A stretch of 33,981 nucleotides of DNA, taken from Streblomastix strix. Taxonomy: Eukaryota. The notes beneath the pieces were generated by a model. That model saw only the letters and a list, made by a program, of their open reading frames with translations. It searched no databases and was not told the DNA's origin. The position numbers and the translations under genes were made by a program. Position 1 is the stretch's first letter; every line of letters starts with the position of its first letter. Below, one piece after another: positions 11,463 to 23,041 of this stretch. The stretch lies in NCBI GenBank assembly GCA_008636045.1, contig SNRW01000055.1, forward strand, positions 1 to 33,981. The letters run 5' to 3'.

Positions 11463-12302
11463 ATGAAAGCTGGTGCTGCTAGAAAACGTGAAATTCTGGA
11501 GCAAGCATTCAATCATACATATATTGAAGCATTAAAAGAAATATTAGATGTAAAGAAATTTAAATATAGATATATTATATGAAATAAAGAATTGAGAACA
11601 TTACCTTCTGCATAAGCTTATGTCGGTAGTAGGAAAAGTATGGCTGGCTGGAGAGTTAGAAATGTTGATCTAGATGGTGAAGGACCACTTCCTAGTTTTG
11701 CAACTGTTTATACTGATAAAGGAAAGCTATATTCAATGGGTGGATATATTCCAAAACTTGAAAGTAAATATGATGCTTATCAAGAAGATTATATAGGTAA
11801 TGTACCAAAAGGCTAACGTAAAACTACGAAATTCTTTGATTTTATGAAAGGAAGGTAGGTTTCATATGGAAAGGCTAAAATTCCGACTGATTATTAAAGA
11901 TTGAATCCTCATCCACACTATATGTTAGCATACGTTCCAACAATGGCTGAAGAATTTAATTAAGCTAACGGAGGAGATTTATAGAAACTTAAAGGAGCAT
12001 ACCTGTATGTTGCTGCAGCAGCTTGGGATTTGATTGTAAGACATCTATTGAAAATTATTGATATATAAGTAAATTGGGAAGCAGCAAGTAAAGAAACTGT
12101 TAAACAAGCAGCAAGATTATATAAGAATGAAATTGCAACTAAATATTTTGGAATGGTTGATGAATATGAATAGAGTTTGGCAACAATTGTTGGAACTTTA
12201 TATGATAGAATTGCTTTTCTTGCATATCGGTAAAAGGAAGGAAGATAACTATAGTTAGGATATGAAGCCCCAGCATCGATAATTTAAACTGATGAGGAAT
12301 GA
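11463..12302 (+). pseudogene. Hypothetical viral protein, 280 codons, one internal TGA (11580)
   Basis: MKAGAARKREILEQAF...GWRVRNVDLDGEGPLPSFATVYTDKGKLYSMGGYIP...AAAAWDLIV...; a single frame when TAR=Gln. Confidence 0.6.
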
Positions 12303-12335
12303 AGTGTTATGATAATTTATTTTTGATTTATCAAA

Positions 12336-14160
12336 ATGATGAGAACAAAGATATCAACTGCAGACTTTGATCTACTCCTCTAATTATGCTATCCAAGCAC
12401 AAACATAAATGTGAATGATAAATAAAAGAGTTCAAATTTAAGCTCAATTCTGATAAAGATCGGATTCTATGGCTAACGTAATATTGTTAAAGCTGGGGAA
12501 TAAGCGATCAATGCAGTTGTTTCACGTAATATATATATGAAACAATCCAATGCAGTAACTGATATATAAAATCGTGTTCGGAAATGGTTCAATGAACAAG
12601 ATTAATAGCGCTGAACACGTGAATAGTAGTTATAAATGGAATAAGAGTAATTATAAAAATAACGTGAGTAAGACATAAAAGAATTAAAGGAAGAATTCGA
12701 TCCAGAACCATTAGATGAAGACGGAATATTCGACCTAGAATGATATAGATAATAGTGGTATTAATTAAGAGCATAAGAGATAGAGGAACGCAGGAGAAAA
12801 TAAGATGAAGATAGATAAGCAAGATAAGCATAACTATTAGCTGAATTTCATAATGTAGAGGATATGAACATCGATATACTATTCGAAACAGACTAATAAA
12901 AAATTAGCGATTACATTTGAACTCAAGAAAAATATGTGTATCATCATCTTAATACAGAAAATGAAGTGATTATGCAATGCGATGTAGAGAATGAAGTATA
13001 TTACAACAAAAGTAAAAAATCTTGCATTAAATCTTTATAGTAAAGAAGTAAGTACTCTTTCGTATAAATCTTAAAATTTATCATCAATTAATTAATTGAA
13101 ACTAACTATTTATTATTAAAGTAATATTGCTTCATTCGCTGATTTAGATAAACACTTAGACTCTGTATACAATAAAGAGAAAGATAATGATTTTAAATTA
13201 ACAGTTGATTTAGGAGTCTTATTTGAACATATTGAAGGAAATAATGAAAATTAAATAATTAAACACAAATATATACTTCCAGTAGATGCAAGTTCAGAAA
13301 AAAGAGCACATTTAGAGATAAGATCTAGTAATAAAATTTTTACATACAAATAATATCTTCGAACAGTGATAGGAAGCATGTATGAGAGAATTAATACAGA
13401 CACTCATGATAGAATATGGAAGGTTAATTTTTAACTATACTTTTTATATTTCTGTAATCACAAATAATTGCAGCAATATCTTCATTAAAGAAGCATATGA
13501 AACGAAGATAAATATATTACATAGATTTTGAAGTGAATCTATGCTTCTGGACAGAGTATTAATTCATCACTATGCCGAAATCAAAGGATTAACGTTGAAA
13601 GATTTCGTCAAGAATCACATAAGCTAATATTTTATTCTTCAGAGTTATTGGATTTGAATTTCGAGATAATTATCAAGGATTTGATTTTGTGAATGATATT
13701 GATAACTTTATCAATAAAAAATAGATTAATGTACATATGTATACATTTGAAGATAAACCTGCACCTAATTTTTAATTTACATAAAATTATTTTGTTAATG
13801 GTTCAGATTAACACTTCAATATCCTATTCATTAATGATGGAATTAACGCACACATTATGTATATATCTGATGTTGAAGTACTAAATGGATTCTGTTATTA
13901 CAGTATATATAATAAATAAACATCCAAAATAGATGATTCAAATTTATAAATTTCAATGAGAAATTATATGAAAAAATGCTAAAAGAATGGTGGAAAAATA
14001 GCAAAGAAAGTTATCTTAGAAAGATTCGCGAAACTGTTTGTTCCTCTTATATTATCTAACAAAACTTATAAGTATCTATAAGCGAATAATTTAACTCATT
14101 TGTTCAAACCAACAAGATATTATTTAACATGTGATTTTGAAACATTAAACAAAATATGCT
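12336..14160 (+). pseudogene. N-terminal part of protein-primed family B DNA polymerase, truncated at ExoI
   Basis: NLCFW; YQGFDFVNDIDNF; FNILFINDGINAHIMYISDVEVL; LFKPTRYYLTCDFETL (ExoI). Colinear with the N-terminus of the more complete pPolB on the minus strand (LDILFISDGKEQHVMYL...FITYDFETL). Confidence 0.8.
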
Positions 14161-14637
14161 CTAATTAATTAATTTTAACTATATTTAATATAATTTATAT
14201 CTTTTAAATTCATTTTAATCATTTAGTATTAGATGCAAATTGAATTTTGAGTAAAAGTTATAATCTTACTGTAAAAACATTAATTCTTAACATTTACGTC
14301 ATATATAGATTTATAATAATGCATACAATATTTTTTACAATATTTTAATATGCAACAACTTCTAAACATATCAAACAAAAATTTATCGATTTCTGAGCTA
14401 ATTTGTCTTTAAACATTGCTAAAAAAGACAAATAAATCAATCAATACATATATGAAAATATCTTTCTTAATAATTATTAATATTTAACAGCTGTATCATA
14501 CAATGCTCTCGTATTATTTTTTTTCAACTTAAATTTGAGTTATGTACGAATGAATACACTTTAATTTTTTTATATTTGTATTTTTATATTAATATTTTAT
14601 TATTTTTGTTGTTTTAATAAAGATTAAATAAAGTGAA

Positions 14638-17600
14638 ATGCTACCAGAGTGGCGGAAATCAATCGATGATATTCGTTCTTAGCCTCTCGAGATATAGCAC
14701 ACAATACCACGAATTTATACTGGTTAGACTGAAATTTCTATTGGCAGTGGTGAGTTTGATCCAAATAACCTATCAGAGTCATGGAATTTCGCTGATGTAG
14801 GGCGTTTTCCATTAAAACACAACGATGAAGCTACAAAAATGAGATTGCTTACTAAACTATGTGCAATTGCTGACACGCATGGAAATAATCTATATTCACA
14901 TCGTAATCTTGCTTTTGGATTTTCTTAGCTATTATCTGTTTGCTTATATTCATTTTTTATAAACAATTTCAGAGTGTTTGATTTTTACTCTTTATTTTAA
15001 ACAGTCCAAACTATCGCCAGAAACAAAACAGGCAATAGATTTCCAACAAGTTCAACTCCTTCATGCAGAGGTGCTCAAACTCGTTGCCTACTAATAATTT
15101 TCAGAAGAACTTTAAGATGCAATTGCTTCCATTATAAATGATTTGATCAAATTCGATCCTAAAAAAGTGTGAAAAAATAAAACACAATATTTTATATTTG
15201 TAATTCTAATCAATTTTTTCTTAATTTTAACATCAATAGACAATTTACACTGATGCGCTTGTTATTGGTATTATTCAAGCAATGGATAAGTTGGTACTTC
15301 TCAATGAACTGAAGAATGTTAAAGAATCACCAAGTAATGAAATATCTCATTATAAACGGTATAATAAGTATAATTATGAATATATTGTATAAATATATTT
15401 CATTATGAATTGATTCATTTATATTATATTATATCTTATATCATTTTATAGTGTATCAACAATGATGAAAGGAACAAGCTTGAATATTATTACTGGAGAT
15501 GATCTGATGAAGATTCAGATGTTCTTTGCTCAGAAGAATTCAATTATTAATAAATTCAGAGATAAAATACATGGATTAACAGGGTATGTATTTGACTGAT
15601 TAATTGTAAATCCTAAATATTTTAAAACAATACAACATTTTCCCATATTTATATATAATATTCTTATTTATCATACCTTTAATTTATATTATATCCCTAA
15701 ATAAACAGCTCCTATCTAGTAATGGTCCAGATCTGCAATGCATCTGTTGACCTCTACAACAGTGGCACATTCATAGTCCCAGAAGAGAAGTACATGTTAA
15801 TTAGAGTAATGGGAATGATATTATACCTGATTGATGGAGCAGCTAAGATTACTGATAAGGAGAAGTAGATGATATACAATAATACTTTTGGTACTTTAAT
15901 ACGTAAGAAAGTTCCTGGAGAGAAAGTACTGAATGTTTTCAAGAAAGGTGGATTGTAAGTTGATCAGGTCAAACAGATACTGTTGAAGAATCCGAGAACT
16001 CCTCTTTTGTTTGAGATTAACATGGATTCTCTGAAATTTGTGAAATTGGTTTGATATGGAATAACATTAATTTTATAGAAAAATAATATTTTTTAAATAT
16101 TTAATGTTTTCTTCTTATTTATTATGTATATTATTTAATATTCAGTGCAAAGAAACTCCAGAAGACGGTTGGGATGAAAATTCAGCTGAAATAATCAAAG
16201 AGTTTGACATCGTAAAGAAAGAAGCACAATTTGCAGAACAAGTGAACCAAACTTTAAGTAGACTAACAATTATGCTTAGAACACGACTTCCAATAATCAA
16301 ACCAATGTTATGTGATGATGATCCATCAAAGAGAGTAGTCAATACAAGTATATCATATGATACAAAAGAATAACAAGAATTGAAGAAGTCAGTTTCAGTT
16401 GTTGGATAGACCAAAGTATAATAAGAGAAAGATGAAATACAATTAATGGGCGATGCACCAATCATTTTATCAATAGTTGAAGAATGCATCAGGTTACTAT
16501 CTTCAATGAAGCAGTACTTACTTGAGTTCATGTGCATCAAGTATTCATATGCAGCAAATGATGACAAATGTCAGAGAATTGATGAAGAGGAGATTAAGCT
16601 TCTTGTTGGTCTTCCTGGATGGTCCGGATAGAAGCGAGACATTAAGACAATCTCTGCTTATGAGAAGTTCATCAGATTCAACCTCTGGATGGACGAAAGA
16701 GGAGCTTTGTGCAGATTGATTGTGCATATAAGGGAATTAGGGGAAGTATTACTCAGATCTATTGATAGAATTAAGCCCTATGTAGATATGGGACTATTTA
16801 TGGAGATGCAGGAAATGTGGTAGTTTGGCTTAAAAAAAGCGATTGTCAGAGGATTGAAGTCAAAGAAGAGGGATTTCGCTGATTTCCTCCTCCAGGTCAG
16901 AGAAATGGGGTCGTGTTGGCCTCAGGGTCAGTGTAATGAAGAAGATCTGAATATTCAGAGCAAAGATGATAAAGGAACTATTGTATAATATACTGGTCTT
17001 AGATCAGCATAAGTCCATCCAACACAACTGTTTGTTATGCAGAATTTGTTATCATCTGTTGGATCAACAAGATCACCACATCAGCATGGATCAATATTCG
17101 CAACAACTGAAATAGAAAAGGATGAAGGAGAATTGATCACCAAATGGGTCTGGAGATCTTTTGGGTATAAGCATCTGTATGAACTGGGTGAAACAGTTCG
17201 ATCCCTGAGTTAATTAGGTATGTTATGGTACAGGGATATATTCATTGAGATGGGAAGATCAAGAGAATAGACTGTGCAATTCTCAATGGAGTAATCACTG
17301 CCATGGATCCTGACTGCACATGCTTTCCTATTCCATAACTTAGAAGTAGAAGGAATGATATCTATTTTTAGCTTATATTCAGATGCAGGTGATGTGGCTC
17401 TGAAATAACTAAGATGTAGGTATCTGTTTGATGAGATCGAAGCTGAAGCCAAAATAGGGTTTAAATAACTGATGCATTTACTCACGGTTAAGATATTTGG
17501 TTTCTATAAGAAGAAAGCACTTGCAAGGTTGATCAGCACTCCATATAGAAATGTTATTGATGCTAAAGGATAAATAAAGAAGAAGAAGAAATAAAGATTA

Positions 17601-20600
17601 GATTATCTGAGATTGACTGAAGAAGAATAAAAGAAGGAATAGAAAGAAAAAGAATTAAAAGATAGAGAGAAAGAATTAAGAGAAAGAGAAAAAGCAAGTT
17701 TAATCACAGTTGATCCAATATATACTGAACCATTAAAACAACAAATATCTGCTGATTTATAAAGTGGAAGTTAAGCTTCTATTCAAAAACAGACATAAAA
17801 GGATGAATCAAAAACAGAAACAATCTAACCTTCCCAATCAAAATAAGATGTTAATGATTTTGAGGTTGTCACTAATCGAGATGAAGAAGGTAAAGGTAAA
17901 AGAGTATTTGGTATATCTAAATATCTTGATGATGAAGTTCCATATAAAACACTATTCCTTCAACACAAAGTGATCCTTGTAGGTCATGCAATTGACTTTG
18001 GGAAGTACCTTGCACAGACCGTTAGATTGATGCTATCTGAACTGATAGAAATAGCTCTTAGATTCTTGGAAACAGCCAAAACCATACAATTGGGAGATCT
18101 TTTATTATCTGTGAGCCAAGTGATGCATTATGATATTGGTAAAGTAGCTGGTAATGAACAGGAATGGGAAGAATTGATATGGTAGTTGAAAGGTAAGTAA
18201 AGTGCAATTGGAATATCAACTACAACAACTGATGGATGTATAATAATGTGTGCATAAGAATTAGCTGAGTAATATATACTGAACTTAATCAATCTGTAGT
18301 TTATAAGGAGAAAAGAATTTGATGATGATTATTAATAATATAAAGAAGGAACAACTGATATTTCTACTCCATATGATAGATCTCTTCATGATATAAGAGT
18401 TGAACTGAAGAAAGCTGGATAATGGGTTAATTATGGTGATACAATAGTAAGAGGATTATCACATGGTTTTGCAGAGATATATGCTCTCAATTCATAGAGA
18501 TTCAGTACAAGACCGCATATGAGTATATTAGTTAAGTGGATGAGCTAAGAGGAAGTACTTGCATTGGTATTCGGTATCTGTGATTAATTATCTGATCTGA
18601 TGGATGAGATCGTTCGTTGGGGAGCGATTGTTGCTTCTTGTATTCCGTTTATTGGGAGAAAAGCTTTGGGTAACTTTGATGCATCTGGAAACAGGATTGA
18701 GGAGATTCACGCTGAAATAAGAGGAATCTTTAGACGCAAGTAATAAGCAGTATAATGGTTTGAGTAATTTGTGACTAAACTTGGAAATATGCTTGGATTT
18801 GTGCTACAGTTGGATAGTGCTCTTGGATTTGAGAAAGCAGAAAGGTTCTTAGCAGGAGCAGGTCTTATAGCATATGGTCTTAGAGCATCTGATCCATCTA
18901 GATAGAAACTCCCTGAACACGAACAGAGGTTTATTCATAATTCTGGCAATGAGAAGATTGGGAATGATACAATTCTGAGCAGTCAAGGTACACTTATTGG
19001 TGCTCTACAACATGAAGGGATTGATTCTGCATTGTCTGTTGCAGCTATGGTGGCTAGTAATGTTATGTAAAGAAGTCCATTCTTCAAATATGTTCTATAA
19101 AGACTGCTTCAAGTCATACAACAGATGCAGAGACAAGGATTTGGTGAATATTCATTGGAAGAGAACAAATATAAAGTAATTGAACCTTTCTCATCTCAGA
19201 CATACTAACCTCCCAGATAGACTGTATATAAGAGAGTACTCAATCAATGGGGTGGATAAGTGTAGATGAATGATTATACTCAATAAGATTAACAGAATAA
19301 AGGAATCATGGGTGAGGATGAAGCATAACTAACACACGCTAAGATGATATATGAAGTATTCAATGGTATATTAGATCAGACATTATATTCACTTCGACTA
19401 CAACCTGATTATGGAATACTGAGATATCAGAACCCCTAATAAGGCAAGAAAAATAAAGAGAGTATTGAAGATTAAATAAATCAGAAAGGACCAAATACTG
19501 ATGAATAATCTTCTGATTTGGGGATCAACCCATGGAAACAACATGGAGATGGTCTTTGGCTTGGAATGTGTGCAGTTATCGCTGCTACTGGACAGAGGGT
19601 ACCTTTTGAAGCAACATGGCCACTCAATGTAACAAGAATGGCTGTACATTCACCAGTGCCACAAACTTTGTATGAGAATGAAGCTCTGATGAAACAATTG
19701 TAGTACTTGGGGTGTGTAAAAGAAGCACCAGTTGGTGTATTGGGATATTAAGGTTGGGCTGAGAAACTTCGTGCATTTGTACAGCATGTGTTTTAGATTG
19801 TTGATAGTAGCATAGTTCTGAGTCCAATATCCTAAATTCCTTTCTATTAAGGCACACATTGGAATGTAGATGGAACATAATCAGTGCAACTATTAGATTA
19901 GAATATCAGATACAATGAACTTATCTAAGCTGGTAAAAGAAGAGACGAAAGAAGATCAGCAACACAAGATGCTCCCAATGAAACTAACTCTGGTGGATTG
20001 ATATGGATTCCAACTGAATCAATTCCAGCTGTTAATATTGGATTGAATGCACAGAATATTGCAAAAGTTGGTATCAATAATGCTTTTAAAGAACCTGCAA
20101 TTCCATCTGTTCAGAGACCAAGCTGGTAGATTCGGCACAGTAACTTCAACTTCCTTTTCAATCAACTGGATAACATATCATAATAATAAGGATTATCTTT
20201 ACCTCCTGCTTCATTAAACTTATAATCTAAATCTTCTTCATTATCAACATCATTTGCATCTTTCTAACCAACAGTATAGCCGTAACCACTGATACCATCA
20301 CATCAATCACTACCATCTACATTCTCTATCTAATAAGCTCCATCACTTCCAACAGCACCATAATTACAACTGAATAAAAATCCAACATTTTAATAATCAC
20401 CATCACCAGTTCCTGATATGCCATTCCCTCCATCTCTACCTCCAGCTCCATAGTTATTATAGACTGATTAATTATAATCTTAATCATCAATATAACCTTT
20501 TCGTCCTTCATCTCCTTCACAGACAACTTCTGGATTTAAACCTTCACTTCCTTAGAGACCTCCAAATATGCCTCCTCCTGTTCCTAAAACTAGGCCACCA

Positions 20601-20636
20601 CCTGGTGCTCTATCAAGGCAGGGAGATTAAAAGTGA
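14638..20636 (+). CDS. CYFIP: CYFIP/Sra-1/PIR121 homologue (WAVE regulatory complex subunit), 6 exons, ~1847 aa: 14638-14937, 15005-15166, 15240-15358, 15452-15583, 15709-16048, 16146-20636
   Basis: Recognisable CYFIP blocks: LVLLNELKNVKESPSNEISHYKR; PEEKYMLIRVMGMILYLIDG; VQFSMEQSLPWILT; YLFDEIEAEA; VILVGHAIDF; HGDGLWLGMCAVIAATGQ. Five GT-AG introns restore one frame; TAR read as Gln, terminal TGA. Confidence 0.92.
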
Positions 20637-20887
20637 ATATTACATGATATGACATGACTGAATATCATATCTTATTTTTCAGTCTAGTTATTTGCAGGTA
20701 AAATACAAAATCACTGAAAATATCTTAAAAATTAATGCTTTTGATTTTATAGCTATAAATTGCAAATATTAAAAATAATTAAATTTATTAAAGATATTTT
20801 TAAATATTTCCACATCGTAATTTACAAAAACTGAGGAGATGAAAATCCAACACCGTTTGGCTGTGGGCGCGATCGCCGTTAAATTCG

Positions 20888-21239
20888 ATGGGTATGTAGT
20901 CTATTTTACATTTTCTAAATTTATTATTACTCTTTTCATTCAGCTGAGTATCCTGTTGTTGATCAAGAGGCTTGTGTGGGCTGCCAGTCGTGCCAGAGCG
21001 GATGTCCAAGCGGGAGCGACCTCTGGGACTATAACGATGAAGGCAAAGCATAGTTCAAATATGAAAACAAAGATTAGTGCATCTCATGCCACGCTTGCAC
21101 AGATTAATGTCCCGGTATGCCATATATCAAGCCTTGGAACAAGCATTTATTTTTTTAATTTTTATTTCTTGTTTTTTTTTCTTGATACTTGTGACTTAAC
21201 TTTGGTACAGCTGGCGCAATAACGTTCTCAGAATATTGA
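20888..21239 (+). CDS. 2[4Fe-4S] dicluster ferredoxin, 67 aa, 3 exons: 20888-20891, 20944-21114, 21211-21239
   Basis: Spliced product MAEYPVVDQEACVGCQSCQSGCPSGSDLWDYNDEGKAQFKYENKDQCISCHACTDQCPAGAITFSEY* has two CxxCxxCxxxCP motifs; introns GTATGT..CAG (20892-20943) and GTATGC..CAG (21115-21210). Confidence 0.93.
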
Positions 21240-23041
21240 TAAGTTGATTTTTATAGATGAAGGAAATAATGAGTATGTCCTCGAAAATTTAGTTTTTCCA
21301 AGCTATTATTCTATTTACTGAAAGTGGGTTTATCAAATCTTCACTTAACCATTTTGCTTGTCATGTCACACTCAATATAAATCAAATTTTATTACATAAT
21401 GATTATTTTATTACTGCCTTTATTAAAACGAAGACATAATTAAAATTTTCCTCTTCTCGAATGCTTGTTTGATCTTAAACTGTACAGCTCATATTTTCTT
21501 CATGTTAATGCGGATGCGTTGATGCCTGAATAATATAAGAAAAATGTACATATTGATGAGTAAGCCAAGTCCCGGTCCTTCACAAAGACGCAGCCGTCGC
21601 AAACAATACATTGAGAATTTAGCACTGCTCCAGCCCCCATTTGGCAGGCAGAGGCAGTATATTCTTGATAATATGCGCATGCGCTTTGTTATTTGCACTA
21701 GAAAGCACTCATCAGCTAGCTAGCACAGATTGCATGCATGTCAAGCAGAAAGAACTTAACTCAAACCTTGATAAAGCTCTGACATAACAAATAAGGTAAA
21801 AATATCAAATTTAATATAAAATTATTGTATAAACGATAAAAATAAATATAAATTATGTGAAAGTGAAATATTGTGAATTGTATAAGTTAAGATATAAGTA
21901 AAATAATATGAACTTAAAATCTTAACTTATGTATCTCCAGATCACTGGTATTAAATATTTCTCATATTAGTATATTGAATTTAGCAAAGCTTTATAAGTT
22001 TTAATGGAATATAAACTATAACTAATCACGCTATGCCAGAGCAGATATTTGCTCAGAAACAAAAAAAATTAAAAATTAAATCCTGCATTTGAATGTTGAT
22101 ATTTTTGCAAAATTGTTGATTAAAATTTTTATAATAGTTTATTTATTAGTATAATGTCCATTTAAACGTATTATCAAAGTATGAATGCCTAGTAAAACAG
22201 AAATTTTTTGTGGATGTTAGATTGCTTCAACCACTGATTGAATTACAATTATATTAATCATATATCATAAATATTATGATGATTACTTGAATAGTATGGT
22301 TATTATAAAAATGTAATTATGTTAACCTAGAATTGGAGAGTTATAACATAAATTCTAAATGCAGCTCAACATTCATAACATTTTAATTTGAAAAATGACA
22401 TGTATTTAAACAAGAAATCTTATTTAAACATATTTTTAAACAAATTAATCGTGTAACAAGTCAAACAAACAAATTTTTCCTATTGGATAAAAATAATAGC
22501 CTTTCCAAATCTGTCCGGTTTGTCAATTTCAGAAAATGCAAAATATATTTCGGGAGCGAAACAGTATAAGTTAGTAAGAAAATTTGGGGTCCTCCCCACA
22601 ACACAAGTAAATTAAATTCAATATAAACTTTAAGTTAAACTTTAATTAAATTATGGCTATTTTTGGGGAATTGGTAAAACATGTTTTTCTGTTCAATATC
22701 AATGCATATTAAATGTAATAATAATAATTGATAAATATTATGACAAATTTTATTATTTCGCTTTCAAAATTAAAAAAATAGACAATTCTAATTTAAAAAT
22801 TTAAAAATAATTGCTCAACATTTAAAATGATACTAATAACACCCTTTAAAATAAAATTTATTCATATTCGTTTTTATAAAATCTTGAAATATATTTGAAA
22901 TATATATATAGAATTGAAGGGTGACTAGATTATAAATCAAATCAAGTTTAACCGAATCAAAACTAATTTTTAATTTTATATTTCAATCAATATTCTAATT
23001 AATCTATCTTCTTCTTTTTCTTTTCATTCATTCATTATTCA

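Larger units (their letters stand above)
4690..14160. mobile_element. Decayed endogenous Polinton/Maverick-like virus (PLV), right end truncated within pPolB; boundaries approximate
   Basis: Compact intronless cluster with a packaging-type P-loop ATPase, KilA-N protein, the N-terminal part of a pPolB, and MCP-sized and penton-sized ORFs; many frameshifts and TGA stops. Confidence 0.8.

Noticed and set aside
15754..20526. Many short track ORFs on both strands within CYFIP
   Set aside because: Either in-frame pieces of CYFIP cut at TAR codons or off-frame/antisense shadows.
20839..21222. 127-aa track ORF (MKIQHRLAVG...) and antisense ORF 20800-21051
   Set aside because: They run through both ferredoxin introns in the wrong frame or strand; the spliced ferredoxin explains the region.
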